Shown: positions 39,679-49,561, counted from the stretch's first letter. The stretch: DNA of 64,000 nt from an uncultured Actinomycetota bacterium (GCA_964603595.1 CAZRVN010000003.1:71603-135602); one strand, 5' to 3'. Program-made: numbers and translations. Notes: a model not told the origin generated them from the letters alone.

Positions 39679-40857
39679 ATGAAGAAAAAGACAAATATAC
39701 TTTATATGTCGAGGACATCAAAATTAACCGGTCCTGAAAATATATTGATTGATGTAATAAGAAAGCTGGATAAAAGAAAGTTCTTTCCTGTAGTTGTTCT
39801 TCCGGATGATAAAGGTCCTTTTTTTAAGAAGCTTAAATTATACGGGATAGATGTAATAGTCAGAAGAATGCCCTTTTTAAGAGTAACCCGTAACCCTTTT
39901 TTAATCCTGTGGTTTTTTATAAATATTGTTGTATTAAATATTAATTTTTCTTTTTTATTAAAAAAACAGGATATAGATATAACCGTCTGTAATTCAGTCC
40001 AGGAAGCACTTTTTTTATTTCTGGCTGTAAAATTTTTAAGGAAAAAACTTATAATTTGTTTTAAGAATATACTGGACAGGGAATGGAAGAAGAAATTAAG
40101 AGCAAGGTTCTGTGATATTTTTGCGGGAAGTATAGTGGCAGTATCAGATAAAGCACTTGAAGATTATATATTGTTTGCTGATAAAGGCAGGGCTAAAAAT
40201 AAAATTATAGAAACAATATATGATGGTGTTGACTGCAGGGAATTTAAGAGAGATTTTGCGGAAAGAGATGCCATAAAAAAGTACAGGAATAGCAGTACTG
40301 AAATTATTATTTTAAATATTGGAAATTTAACTGAATTAAAAGGGCAGATGCTCCTGCTGGAAGCGTTAAACTCCGACAGGATTAGAAATTTAGCAGTAAA
40401 AACCCTGCTGCTTGGTGATGTCTATCATAAAAGTGAATTACCATATAAAGAGAGAATTGAAAAATATATCCTTGAAAATAACCTTGAAGGGAAAGTTTTT
40501 ATGATGGGATACAGGGAAGATGTCAGATATTATTTAAACGAATCGGATATCATTGTTCACTGCCCCGTGAAGGACGATGCTTTCCCCAGGGTGATTCTTG
40601 AAGCTTTTTGCTTTGGAAAAATTGTAATTGCAACCCGGGTAGGCGGAATACCAGAAATGATAAAGGAGAATTATAATGGATTCCTTTGTGGTGTGGATAA
40701 AGAAAAATTGGCGGATAAGATCCTTTATGTATGCAGCAACATTGACAAACTGGGCTATATCGGAAGGAATGCCCGGGATATGGTAGGAAGAAAATTTAGT
40801 GTAAAAGAGCAGGTAGTGGAAACTGAAGGGGTATATAATAAAATATTAAAAATCTAA
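39679..40857 (+). CDS. glycosyltransferase family 4
   Basis: C-terminal …FPRVILEAFCFGKIVIATRVGGIPEMI…, two-domain GT-B. Confidence 0.75.
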   Translation: MKKKTNILYMSRTSKLTGPENILIDVIRKLDKRKFFPVVVLPDDKGPFFKKLKLYGIDVIVRRMPFLRVTRNPFLILWFFINIVVLNINFSFLLKKQDIDITVCNSVQEALFLFLAVKFLRKKLIICFKNILDREWKKKLRARFCDIFAGSIVAVSDKALEDYILFADKGRAKNKIIETIYDGVDCREFKRDFAERDAIKKYRNSSTEIIILNIGNLTELKGQMLLLEALNSDRIRNLAVKTLLLGDVYHKSELPYKERIEKYILENNLEGKVFMMGYREDVRYYLNESDIIVHCPVKDDAFPRVILEAFCFGKIVIATRVGGIPEMIKENYNGFLCGVDKEKLADKILYVCSNIDKLGYIGRNARDMVGRKFSVKEQVVETEGVYNKILKI

Positions 40858-40882
40858 AGATTTTAAAATGGGTATATAAAAA

Positions 40883-41761
40883 ATGAAAAAAATTGGCATG
40901 ATAACTATAAACTATAATACCGAGGATTTGCTTGAAAAGCTTATCAGCTGTCTTATAAGGCAGAGTTATAAGAACTGGGTTCTGCTTATTGTAAATAATA
41001 GCCCGGATAATACTGAAATCAGCAGGGTAATAAAATCCTTTAATGACAGCAGAATAATGCTTGGCGGCAATAATAAAAATCTGGGTTACTCGAGGGGCAA
41101 TAACCTTGGCTTCAAATATCTTATGGATAATAAAATAATTGGAAGTGATGATTTAGTTTTATTTACCAATGAAGATATTGTAATCAAGGATAGAGATTTC
41201 CTGGCTAAATCCATAAATTCAATGGACAAATTAAAAGGTGGTTTTCTGGGGCCAAAGATTATAAATAATGACGGGTCATTGATGCTTCCACATGTAAGGA
41301 AAGCAGGTTTTTTAAAATGCCTTCTTCATATGGGTAATAATGGGAAAGTTGATAATATTTTTAAAATAAACAGGAGCTTAAAAAACATTACCAGGCCAAG
41401 GAAAGTATTTCTACTTAATGGTGCATGTTTTTTCTGTAAAGCTGAAGATTTTATTAAAATCGGGATGTTTGATACCAATACTTTCATATATTATGAAGAA
41501 GAGCTATTATTCCGAAGGGTTTTTGATGCCGGAATAGATGTTTTTTATAACCCGGAAATCATCGTCTATCATGAGCACTCGGCTTCTGTCAAAAAAAGCT
41601 TTTCTATCGTAAATAAAAAAAAGTTTGTATATGATGGGGAATTATATTTTTTAACCAGAATACTAAAAGCCAGCAGGTTTTTGTTGTTGTTGTTTAAATC
41701 TGAGCGGGCAGCAGAGTTTGTACTTCTCAGAATATGGCTGTTTTTAAGACCTGTTGGATAG
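40883..41761 (+). CDS. glycosyltransferase family 2
   Basis: MITINYNTEDLLEKLISCLIRQSY…VNNSPD… is a GT2 (rhamnosyltransferase-like) N-domain. Confidence 0.75.
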   Translation: MKKIGMITINYNTEDLLEKLISCLIRQSYKNWVLLIVNNSPDNTEISRVIKSFNDSRIMLGGNNKNLGYSRGNNLGFKYLMDNKIIGSDDLVLFTNEDIVIKDRDFLAKSINSMDKLKGGFLGPKIINNDGSLMLPHVRKAGFLKCLLHMGNNGKVDNIFKINRSLKNITRPRKVFLLNGACFFCKAEDFIKIGMFDTNTFIYYEEELLFRRVFDAGIDVFYNPEIIVYHEHSASVKKSFSIVNKKKFVYDGELYFLTRILKASRFLLLLFKSERAAEFVLLRIWLFLRPVG

Positions 41762-41795
41762 GTAGCAAGTAGATTTAAAGTAGCAATTTGTAATT

Positions 41796-43109
41796 ATGGA
41801 AAATATGCTTTTAAGTAAAAATAAAATAATGAATATAGAAGCAAGGGAACTGGTTTATGTCCTGTTTGCTCTCCTTCCGGTGTTTATTCTTATGAATAAA
41901 TTCCCGTTCTTTACTATATTTTCAATTATTGCCCTGCTTTTATTAAGTATCTATTATTTTATAAAAAATAAAAAAATCTCAGAGCAGCATTTAAGAGCTG
42001 ATATTTTACTCGGGATTTTAGCTTTATATCTGCTGCTGAGCTATTTTATATCAGGGCAGCCCCTTATTAATTTATTTAATTACTGGTTTATAAGATACGA
42101 TGGAAACTTCTTTTTTAGCTATTCTCCTTTTATTATTCTTGCCATACCTTTTATTAGCTACAGGAAAGCAGCAAAAATCTATTTCCAGTTTTTATTTATT
42201 GCATTTACTTTTTTTGCAGTGCTGGGTTTTTTTGAGTATATAAATGATATAAGCTCTTTTATGGTAAGGATTGATGATGTATATGTTGGTCCTATGTTTA
42301 TTGCACTTAATAATTCTCATAACGCCACTGGCTCTGTGTATTCCATAGCAAGTATATTTGCATTTGCTTTTTTCCTTGAATCATATAAAAAAGAAAAAAT
42401 TGCTTATGGTTTTATCTCTATTCTGTGCTTTATTGCACTTATTATTACCAAGAGCAGAGGTAGTATGGTAGCATTTGCCATAGGTATATTTTTCCTGCTC
42501 TTGTTCGGGAGTGGTTCTTTCTTAAAGTTTTTAAGAAACTTTTTTATTCTTATAGTGGTGTTAGTTCCTTTAGTTTTTATAACCGGAACTTTTGGGAGGG
42601 TAATGCAGATATTCCATATTTATGACCTGAGTGCCCTGACAAGATTTTCATTGTGGGATAAAGCGATTCTTTTATATAAACAGAGCCCAATTGTCGGTAT
42701 TGGTTTCGCAAGATACAATGATGTTCCGTGGAATTTCGATAAGGTTCCCCTGAGTGGAAATCCGGGTATATTTTCAATGTATACTTCAGCCAATTATATT
42801 TTTAATGATACCAATGCCCACAGTTCCTACCTCCACTTTCTGGCCGAAACAGGTGTTATTGGATTAATTCTGGCAATGGCATTCTGGATTTTCTGTTTTG
42901 TTATAATATATAAAGCTTACAGAAGAACCGGGGATAATTTTTCAAGGAAAATTTATTTATCAGTAGCGGGAGGAATTATAACCCTTTTTATGCTATCGGT
43001 AACCGAAAATTATATGACTGCTCCTACAGTTATGATCTGTCTTTCGCTGGCCACTTCGCTGGCAATAGGCCTGTCTGGGAGAAAAGAGGTGGGTACCCGT
43101 GGGTTATAA
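41796..43109 (+). CDS. Wzy_C-domain (O-antigen polymerase/ligase family) membrane protein, second copy
   Basis: 437 aa, about 10 TMs. …ITKSRGSMVAFAIGIFF… and …NAHSSYLHFLAETGVIG… are Wzy_C signatures. Confidence 0.65.
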   Translation: MENMLLSKNKIMNIEARELVYVLFALLPVFILMNKFPFFTIFSIIALLLLSIYYFIKNKKISEQHLRADILLGILALYLLLSYFISGQPLINLFNYWFIRYDGNFFFSYSPFIILAIPFISYRKAAKIYFQFLFIAFTFFAVLGFFEYINDISSFMVRIDDVYVGPMFIALNNSHNATGSVYSIASIFAFAFFLESYKKEKIAYGFISILCFIALIITKSRGSMVAFAIGIFFLLLFGSGSFLKFLRNFFILIVVLVPLVFITGTFGRVMQIFHIYDLSALTRFSLWDKAILLYKQSPIVGIGFARYNDVPWNFDKVPLSGNPGIFSMYTSANYIFNDTNAHSSYLHFLAETGVIGLILAMAFWIFCFVIIYKAYRRTGDNFSRKIYLSVAGGIITLFMLSVTENYMTAPTVMICLSLATSLAIGLSGRKEVGTRGL

Positions 43110-44184
43110 GATTTCAATCGGGTCAAATATTATTAAAGGTCCCTGGGGCGGAGGGAATCAGTTTGCCATCAGTCTTTCAAGGTATTTAAAAAAAAAGGGA
43201 TGGGAGGTAGCTGCAGGTCTTGATGATAGGGATATAGATATAATAGTTATGACAGAACCTCGTATAACGTCGGAATCAGGAGCATATAACCAGAAGCAGA
43301 TATCGTGGTATCTAATAAAAAAACCGGATACGGTCGTGGTGCACAGGATAAATGAATGTGATGAGAGGAAGGGGACCAGAGGGGTTAATAAATATTTAAT
43401 GAGGGCGAATAAAGTTGCAGATTATACTATATTTATAAGCAAATTTTTGAAAAGTCTGTTCATAAAAAAAGGGTTTTTTAAAGGAAGAAACTCATCTGCT
43501 GTTAAAAATGGTGCGGATAAGGCAGTTTTTAACCGAAAAGGTTTAAGGAAATGGGATGGGCAATCTCCCATAAGAATAGTTACCCACCACTGGGGTTATA
43601 GCTTTAAAAAAGGTTTTGATATCTATAAAAAGTTTGCTGCCCTGGGCTCTGTAAAAGGGGTAAAAATTCAGTTTAGTTATATAGGTAAAATTCCGGAAAG
43701 TGTCAAATCCGGCGGTATGAAGGTAATACCTCCTCTTTCAGGCAGGAAACTGACAGAAGAACTTAAAAAAAATCATATTTATGTTACCGGCTCTGTTAGT
43801 GAGCCGGCAGGGATGCATCATATAGAAGGGGCAATGTGCGGTCTTCCGCTCCTGTATAGAAACAGCGGGGCACTTCCAGAATATTGCAGTAGTTTTGGAG
43901 TCATGTTCGAAGGAGCAGGTGATGTTGAAGACAGGCTGGGGGATTTGATGGATAATTATGATTATTACTTTAGTAAGATGGAAGGGTATCCTTATAATTC
44001 AGAGCTTATGTGCAGGGGTTATGAAAAAATATTTTTAAATTTACTAAAGGATAAAGATAAGCTTGGCGGGAGTAAAAGGCGCTTGAGATACACGGCGCTT
44101 TTTGTAAAGGAATCTTTTTTTTATGTACTGGAAATAATTTCTCTAAATTTTAAAAAAGTCATTAAAAAGGTCAGGGGCATGTAG
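43099..44184 (+). CDS. divergent GT-B-like protein (putative glycosyltransferase, GT4-like C-domain only)
   Basis: The C-terminal region …EPAGMHHIEGAMCGLPLLYRNSGALPEY… resembles the GT4 E-x7-E sugar-donor domain. The N-domain is not recognisable. Overlaps the Wzy_C gene by 11 nt. Confidence 0.4.
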   Translation: MGYKISIGSNIIKGPWGGGNQFAISLSRYLKKKGWEVAAGLDDRDIDIIVMTEPRITSESGAYNQKQISWYLIKKPDTVVVHRINECDERKGTRGVNKYLMRANKVADYTIFISKFLKSLFIKKGFFKGRNSSAVKNGADKAVFNRKGLRKWDGQSPIRIVTHHWGYSFKKGFDIYKKFAALGSVKGVKIQFSYIGKIPESVKSGGMKVIPPLSGRKLTEELKKNHIYVTGSVSEPAGMHHIEGAMCGLPLLYRNSGALPEYCSSFGVMFEGAGDVEDRLGDLMDNYDYYFSKMEGYPYNSELMCRGYEKIFLNLLKDKDKLGGSKRRLRYTALFVKESFFYVLEIISLNFKKVIKKVRGM

Positions 44185-44706
44185 ATGGCCGATAAGAAAA
44201 GAATTAAAATTATCTCTTCTGAATGTGATGTTTCCCTCAGGACTATTACGAAGGAGGATATAGAAATAATAAGGAGATGGAGAAACGAAAACCGACGGTA
44301 CTTCTTTTATAAAGGGATAATAAAACCCGCCCAGCAAATGGAGTGGTTTAAATATTATATTAATAATGAAAACGAAAATATTTTTGTTGTTGAATATGAA
44401 GGTATCAGGATAGGATGTATTGGTTTTAGATTTATAAATAATACCATTGATGTGTATAATGTAATTCTTGGTGATAAAAAATTTGGCGGCAGGGGCATAA
44501 TGGGTAGAGCTTTAAAATTAATGTGCAGTTATATTATGGATAATTACGGAAGGGAAATTACACTTATGGTTCTGCCGGAAAATAAGGCAAAATTGTGGTA
44601 TATAAAAAATGGTTTCAAGGAGACCGACAGAGAAGATGATCATATTCCCATGAAATTAGACATTAACAAATTTGAGTATTTAAAATATAATCTTGAAGTT
44701 AATTAG
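44185..44706 (+). CDS. GNAT-family N-acetyltransferase
   Basis: 173 aa with the GNAT motif A region (…GGRGIMGRALKLMCSYIMDNYG…). Starts 1 nt after the preceding stop. Confidence 0.7.
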   Translation: MADKKRIKIISSECDVSLRTITKEDIEIIRRWRNENRRYFFYKGIIKPAQQMEWFKYYINNENENIFVVEYEGIRIGCIGFRFINNTIDVYNVILGDKKFGGRGIMGRALKLMCSYIMDNYGREITLMVLPENKAKLWYIKNGFKETDREDDHIPMKLDINKFEYLKYNLEVN

Positions 44707-44725
44707 AACTTGAGGGAGGGTTAAC

Positions 44726-45844
44726 ATGATATCAGTTTTCGGTTCCAAGGTCGGGAAGGAAGAGATTGAAGAAATAAGGACCAGTATAGAAAATCAGTGG
44801 ATTGGTATTGGGCCAAAAACAAAATTATTTGAAGAAAAATTTGCAAAGAGGCTGGAACTTAAGGATTTTGTGATGCTTGATAGCGGCTCTAACAGCATAT
44901 ATCTGGCAATGAAATTACTTGACCTTCCTGCCGGTTCCGAAGTTATATTGCCTACCCTTACCTGGATTTCCTGTGCTACAGCGATAATACTTAATAACTG
45001 CAAGCCGGTATTTGTGGATGTGGATTTTGATTCCCAGAATATTACGGCAGAAACAATTGAGCCGGCAATAACAGATAAAACCAGGGCTATAATGGTGGTT
45101 CACTATGGAGGTAAACCGGTAAAGTTAGATAAAATTATGGAGATGGGTTTTCCTGTTATAGAGGATGCAGCCCATGCAGTTGATTCAAAAATAGGAGGCA
45201 GGTACTGCGGCTCTATAGGGGATATAGGTATTTATAGCTTTGATGGAGTTAAGAACCTGGCAATAGGTGAGGCAGGAGGCCTGACCTCCGGAAATATTGA
45301 GATAATGAAAAAAGCAAGGGCACTGAGATACTGTGGTATTGAAAAGTCAGGGTTTGAGGCCTCTGTGACAAAAAAAAGATGGTGGGAATATAATGTTGTG
45401 GATTTTTTCCCCAAAATGATTCCTGATGATATAAGTGCTTCTATTGGACTGGCACAACTAAAAAAATTGGACGGTCACCAGAAGTATAGAAAATATATGT
45501 GGGATATATACCAGGAGGAATTCAGCAGGGTAGGATGGTTGGAAACACCTCTGAATGCGGAAGAAAATGAGACTCATTCCTATTTCACTTATTTTCTTAG
45601 ATTGAATAATGATAAGAGAGATGAACTTGCCCATTACATGTATGAAAAAGGCATATATACTACCTTGAGGTATCAGCCGCTTCATATGATACCAATTTAT
45701 AACTCAACTCATCTAAAGTTAAAGAATTCCGAGCTACTAAACGAGGTTGGTTTAAATATACCTCTGCATCCGAATTTAAGTCAGGATGATATTGAATATG
45801 TCGTAAAGACAATCAAAGAGTTTGGTAAAAAAAATAATTTATAA
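44726..45844 (+). CDS. DegT/DnrJ/EryC1/StrS-family PLP-dependent sugar aminotransferase
   Basis: 372 aa. …VIEDAAHAV…DIGIYSFDGVKNLAIGEAGGL… carries the PLP-lysine motif. Confidence 0.85.
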   Translation: MISVFGSKVGKEEIEEIRTSIENQWIGIGPKTKLFEEKFAKRLELKDFVMLDSGSNSIYLAMKLLDLPAGSEVILPTLTWISCATAIILNNCKPVFVDVDFDSQNITAETIEPAITDKTRAIMVVHYGGKPVKLDKIMEMGFPVIEDAAHAVDSKIGGRYCGSIGDIGIYSFDGVKNLAIGEAGGLTSGNIEIMKKARALRYCGIEKSGFEASVTKKRWWEYNVVDFFPKMIPDDISASIGLAQLKKLDGHQKYRKYMWDIYQEEFSRVGWLETPLNAEENETHSYFTYFLRLNNDKRDELAHYMYEKGIYTTLRYQPLHMIPIYNSTHLKLKNSELLNEVGLNIPLHPNLSQDDIEYVVKTIKEFGKKNNL

Positions 45845-45877
45845 TTCATTTTCTTAAAATATTCATAAGGAGAAATT

Positions 45878-47254
45878 TTGTCCGAAAAGAAAATAGTAAT
45901 AATAGGGGGCGGTGTTGCAGGACTGGCTGCCGGTATGCACCTTGCAAGGAGAAACTTTGATGTAAGCATTTTTGAAAGAGGGGATAATTGCGGAGGACTG
46001 GCGTCGGGAAAGATTATTGACGGTAATATATACGAGTACGGGCCTCACTTCTTTCATACAAATAACCCCCATATTCTTAATGAAGTAAAGGAGATCGCCG
46101 GCAGCGAGCTTATTGATTTTAAAAGGACAATTCTAATTAAGTTTATGGATGATTACTTTGTATATCCCCTGTCTATTTTTGAGGTTTTAAAGAAGCTACC
46201 CAAGAAGATGGTTTTTGCTGCTGCTGAAAGTCTTATTAAAAATAATATTAAAAGGATATTTAAAAAGCCGGCAGAAGAAAATTCAGAGACATTACTACTG
46301 AAGTATTACGGGGATATTCTTTACGAATTGTTTTTTAAAAATTATATTTATCATGTGTGGGGGATATACCCTGATGAATTTTCACCTGAATTTGCCATGG
46401 AAAGAATACCCCGGATTTCAGGGAGCATATTCTTGAATAAGATAATCTCGCCGGTAAGAGCAAAGCTTACCCGTCAGTCAGCCGATCATTTCGTTGAGAA
46501 TGTGGACGGCCAGCTTTTTACTACCAGAATTGGTTACAGGGGTATTATAAATAAGATGGCAGAAGATATTAAGAGAAATGGCGGCAGGATATACCTGAAT
46601 TCAGAAGTGGTTGGAATAAAAGTTAATGATAAGAGCGTTAAGGAGATTTCAGTAAATTCGGGAAAAACCTGTGACTATAAGGCCGATGCTTTAATAAGTA
46701 CAATTCCCATAAATAAGACAATTACGATTATTTCTCCTCCTGTAAGTAAGACTCTAAGGGAGTCATCGGAATCACTTGAATTCAGGGCGCTTGTTTTTGT
46801 TGGGGTTCTGGTTGACAGGCCAAAGGTGCTCCCGGTATCTTTTATGTATTTCAGGGAACATGCTTTTAATCGTATTTATGATTCTTCATATTTCAGCCAT
46901 GATACAATTAAGCCCGATACCACGATACTGGTTGCGGAAATAAGCAGCGGTAAAAAAGACAGGTGGTGGAATGATGACCAGTATTGTAAGGAAATGGTTT
47001 TAAAAGACCTTTTGAGAGAAGATATTGTAAAGAAAGAAGATATTATGGATATGAATGTCTACAGGTATGAGTATGGATATCCTGTATATAAGTTAGGTTA
47101 TGAGAAACATCTGGGTAATTTATTGAGTTACATAGAGAATATGGAGAATTTTGAAACGGCAGGAAGGCAGGGTAAATTTAATTATATAAATGGCCATGTT
47201 GCCATGCAGATGGGATTTGAAGCTGCAGAGAATATAATTAAAAAAACAGGATAG
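45878..47254 (+). CDS. FAD-dependent oxidoreductase, UDP-galactopyranose-mutase-like
   Basis: GGGVAGLAAG dinucleotide motif. YGPHFFHTNNPHILNEV closely resembles the UGM YGAHIFHTND segment. At 458 aa it is longer than canonical Glf. TTG start behind AAGGAG. Confidence 0.55.
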   Translation: MSEKKIVIIGGGVAGLAAGMHLARRNFDVSIFERGDNCGGLASGKIIDGNIYEYGPHFFHTNNPHILNEVKEIAGSELIDFKRTILIKFMDDYFVYPLSIFEVLKKLPKKMVFAAAESLIKNNIKRIFKKPAEENSETLLLKYYGDILYELFFKNYIYHVWGIYPDEFSPEFAMERIPRISGSIFLNKIISPVRAKLTRQSADHFVENVDGQLFTTRIGYRGIINKMAEDIKRNGGRIYLNSEVVGIKVNDKSVKEISVNSGKTCDYKADALISTIPINKTITIISPPVSKTLRESSESLEFRALVFVGVLVDRPKVLPVSFMYFREHAFNRIYDSSYFSHDTIKPDTTILVAEISSGKKDRWWNDDQYCKEMVLKDLLREDIVKKEDIMDMNVYRYEYGYPVYKLGYEKHLGNLLSYIENMENFETAGRQGKFNYINGHVAMQMGFEAAENIIKKTG

Positions 47255-47312
47255 GTAGATTTGAATAGATTAATAAACCATGGTAGTTTTTAAGGAAAAT
47301 TAAGAAAATCTT

Positions 47313-48632
47313 ATGAAAAATACTTGTCTATCAGGCAATAAGCTTATTTCTATTTCTTTAAAATATTTTATTATTTTGATTGCCGTAGTTTTTTTAATTG
47401 GCTATTTTTCTATATCACCCGGCGGGTATCATATCTACAGGGGTGAACAAATCCCGATTATAACCGGGGATGGGTATGGCTATTATTTTTATCTTCCATA
47501 TTATTTAATAAACTACAGAGATATACATTTTGAAAGGCTTTTAAGCCCTTCCGAGTTTGAGCAATTCTGGGATCATTACCAGGTGGGCGAGTCCATTATG
47601 ATTCTGCCCTTCTTTATGATAGGGCACTTATTATCAATTATTTTTAAATATCCTCTGGATGGGCACTCTTTTATTTATCAGCATGCTGCCGGACTATCGG
47701 GTCTATTTTATGCAGTAGCTGGAATTTATGTATTAAAAAAAGTCCTGGAGAGATATTTTTCTAAAAAAGTAACACTAATTACTTTACTGGCAATAATATT
47801 TGGTACCAATCTATATCATTACGGGACGCTTGGCAGTTTATTAAGCCATTCTTTTTCTTTTTTCTTATGTTCTCTGATTATTTACCTCATCCCCTTATGG
47901 TTTGAAAATCCCGGGTCAAAAAAGATAACTTTAATTCTTGGCATTGTGGCAGGATTGGTAATGGTGGTCAGATTGCCCAACATACTTATACTATTGTTTT
48001 TATTATTCTATAGGGTTCACAGCACAGGAGATTTAAAAAAAAGATTTATCTTTTTCTGGCACAACTATAAAAGCATTTTACTAATTGCCATTGTGATAGC
48101 TGTTATTTTTATACCGCAAATAATAACCTGGAAATTAACTTTCAATCAATGGCTGGTTTATTCATACGGAGAAGCAAAATTCCATTTTGACCAGTTGTAT
48201 ATAGCGAGTGTCCTTTTTTCTATCAGGAGAGGGCTTCTGTTCTGGTCTCCAATTCTCTGTTTTGCAATAGCTGGCTTCTGGTTTATGAGAGAAAAAATGA
48301 ATGATTATTTTACAGCTTCCCTTTTATTTATTCCTTTGATTATTTTTATAAATTCAAGTTTTGCCAGGTGGTGGTTTGGTTCGTCTTTCGGTCATAGAGG
48401 TTTTACAGAGTTTTTACCGGTATTTGCACTGGCAACTGCAGCGTTTTATTCATCATTAAAGAATAAGAGAATTAAAATAATCATTTATATATTAACTACT
48501 GTATTTATCGTTTATTCTATATTACAGATGATTCTCTGGTGGAAGGGGTGGGTACCGCATGATTTAGTGACATTATTATCATATAGAGAATTTTTTATGA
48601 GAATATGTTCTTTCTTGAAATCCATTATGTAA
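47313..48632 (+). CDS. polytopic membrane protein, possible GT-C-like glycosyltransferase
   Basis: 439 aa, about 10-11 TMs. First loop contains ITGDGYGYYFYLPYY. No characterised family recognised. Confidence 0.3.
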   Translation: MKNTCLSGNKLISISLKYFIILIAVVFLIGYFSISPGGYHIYRGEQIPIITGDGYGYYFYLPYYLINYRDIHFERLLSPSEFEQFWDHYQVGESIMILPFFMIGHLLSIIFKYPLDGHSFIYQHAAGLSGLFYAVAGIYVLKKVLERYFSKKVTLITLLAIIFGTNLYHYGTLGSLLSHSFSFFLCSLIIYLIPLWFENPGSKKITLILGIVAGLVMVVRLPNILILLFLLFYRVHSTGDLKKRFIFFWHNYKSILLIAIVIAVIFIPQIITWKLTFNQWLVYSYGEAKFHFDQLYIASVLFSIRRGLLFWSPILCFAIAGFWFMREKMNDYFTASLLFIPLIIFINSSFARWWFGSSFGHRGFTEFLPVFALATAAFYSSLKNKRIKIIIYILTTVFIVYSILQMILWWKGWVPHDLVTLLSYREFFMRICSFLKSIM

Positions 48633-48661
48633 AAATTGAAATATAAAAAACAACTTGAATT

Positions 48662-49537
48662 ATGAACAGGATGAAAAATAAAATATTAAACTTAATAGTA
48701 ATTATATCAACATTAATTTTGTGTATTTTTATACAATATGTTTTATATTTCCTGGATAAATCAATCTATCTGGGTAGTTTTTTGATGCTGATAGTAAGTG
48801 TCTTCTTTGTTTATATAGGTTTTTTTGATAAAGAGTTATTGATTTTAGATGGACTATTTATTATAGTCTGTCCTCTTTTGTTTATATTTAGTAAATTTGA
48901 TTTTTCTAATTATATCGCATTAAATCTAATTACCCTTTCTTTTCTGGCTGTGGCTATTTATTTATTAAAGGAAAAATTAATTTCGGGCTACCATAGATCA
49001 GGAAAAATTAATTTTAAGAAAAAGATTGGATATACCCTGGCTTGCCTGGGAATACTTTTTATTGTTTTATCTGTATTTAATAATCGGGAGGAAACAGCAA
49101 ATGCATTGCTTAAGTTCTTTCAGCCGGAAAAATATTATAAAGAAATAGATAAAGTAGAGTTAAATGGAGTTGAATATACAAATGAAATAAAAGTTGTTAT
49201 TAATAAACCGGAAAGCGGTGACAGCGTAAGTGGATTATTTGAACTGAAGGGCTGGGCAGCGGATTTGAGTGATATAGAAGATGCCTCCATAGATAAGATA
49301 TATGTATTTCTGAATAGTAAGCCGCAGGATGGAGGTATTTTTCTTGAGAGGGTTGATACCAAGATACGAAGGGAAGATATAGCTGAAGAATATGGTGAAA
49401 AATATAAAGATGCCGGGTATTATATGGTAATTAACTCCCGGAGACTTAAAGATGGGTTAAATAAAATTTATGTTTATGTGCATAGCAATTATTCTGGATG
49501 GGGATATGCTAAAGTAGAAGTTTATGTAAATAATTAG
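48662..49537 (+). CDS. membrane protein with C-terminal extracytoplasmic beta-rich domain (paralogue of the 57384-58733 C-terminal domain)
   Basis: About five N-terminal TMs, then a ~125-aa domain (…GLFELKGWAADLSDIEDASIDKIYVFLNSKP…RREDIAEEYGEKYKDAGYYMVINSRRLKDGLNKIYVYVHSNYSGWGYAKVEVYVNN). Confidence 0.4.
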   Translation: MNRMKNKILNLIVIISTLILCIFIQYVLYFLDKSIYLGSFLMLIVSVFFVYIGFFDKELLILDGLFIIVCPLLFIFSKFDFSNYIALNLITLSFLAVAIYLLKEKLISGYHRSGKINFKKKIGYTLACLGILFIVLSVFNNREETANALLKFFQPEKYYKEIDKVELNGVEYTNEIKVVINKPESGDSVSGLFELKGWAADLSDIEDASIDKIYVFLNSKPQDGGIFLERVDTKIRREDIAEEYGEKYKDAGYYMVINSRRLKDGLNKIYVYVHSNYSGWGYAKVEVYVNN

Positions 49538-49561
49538 AAGAAAAATAGCTTATATTTTATT

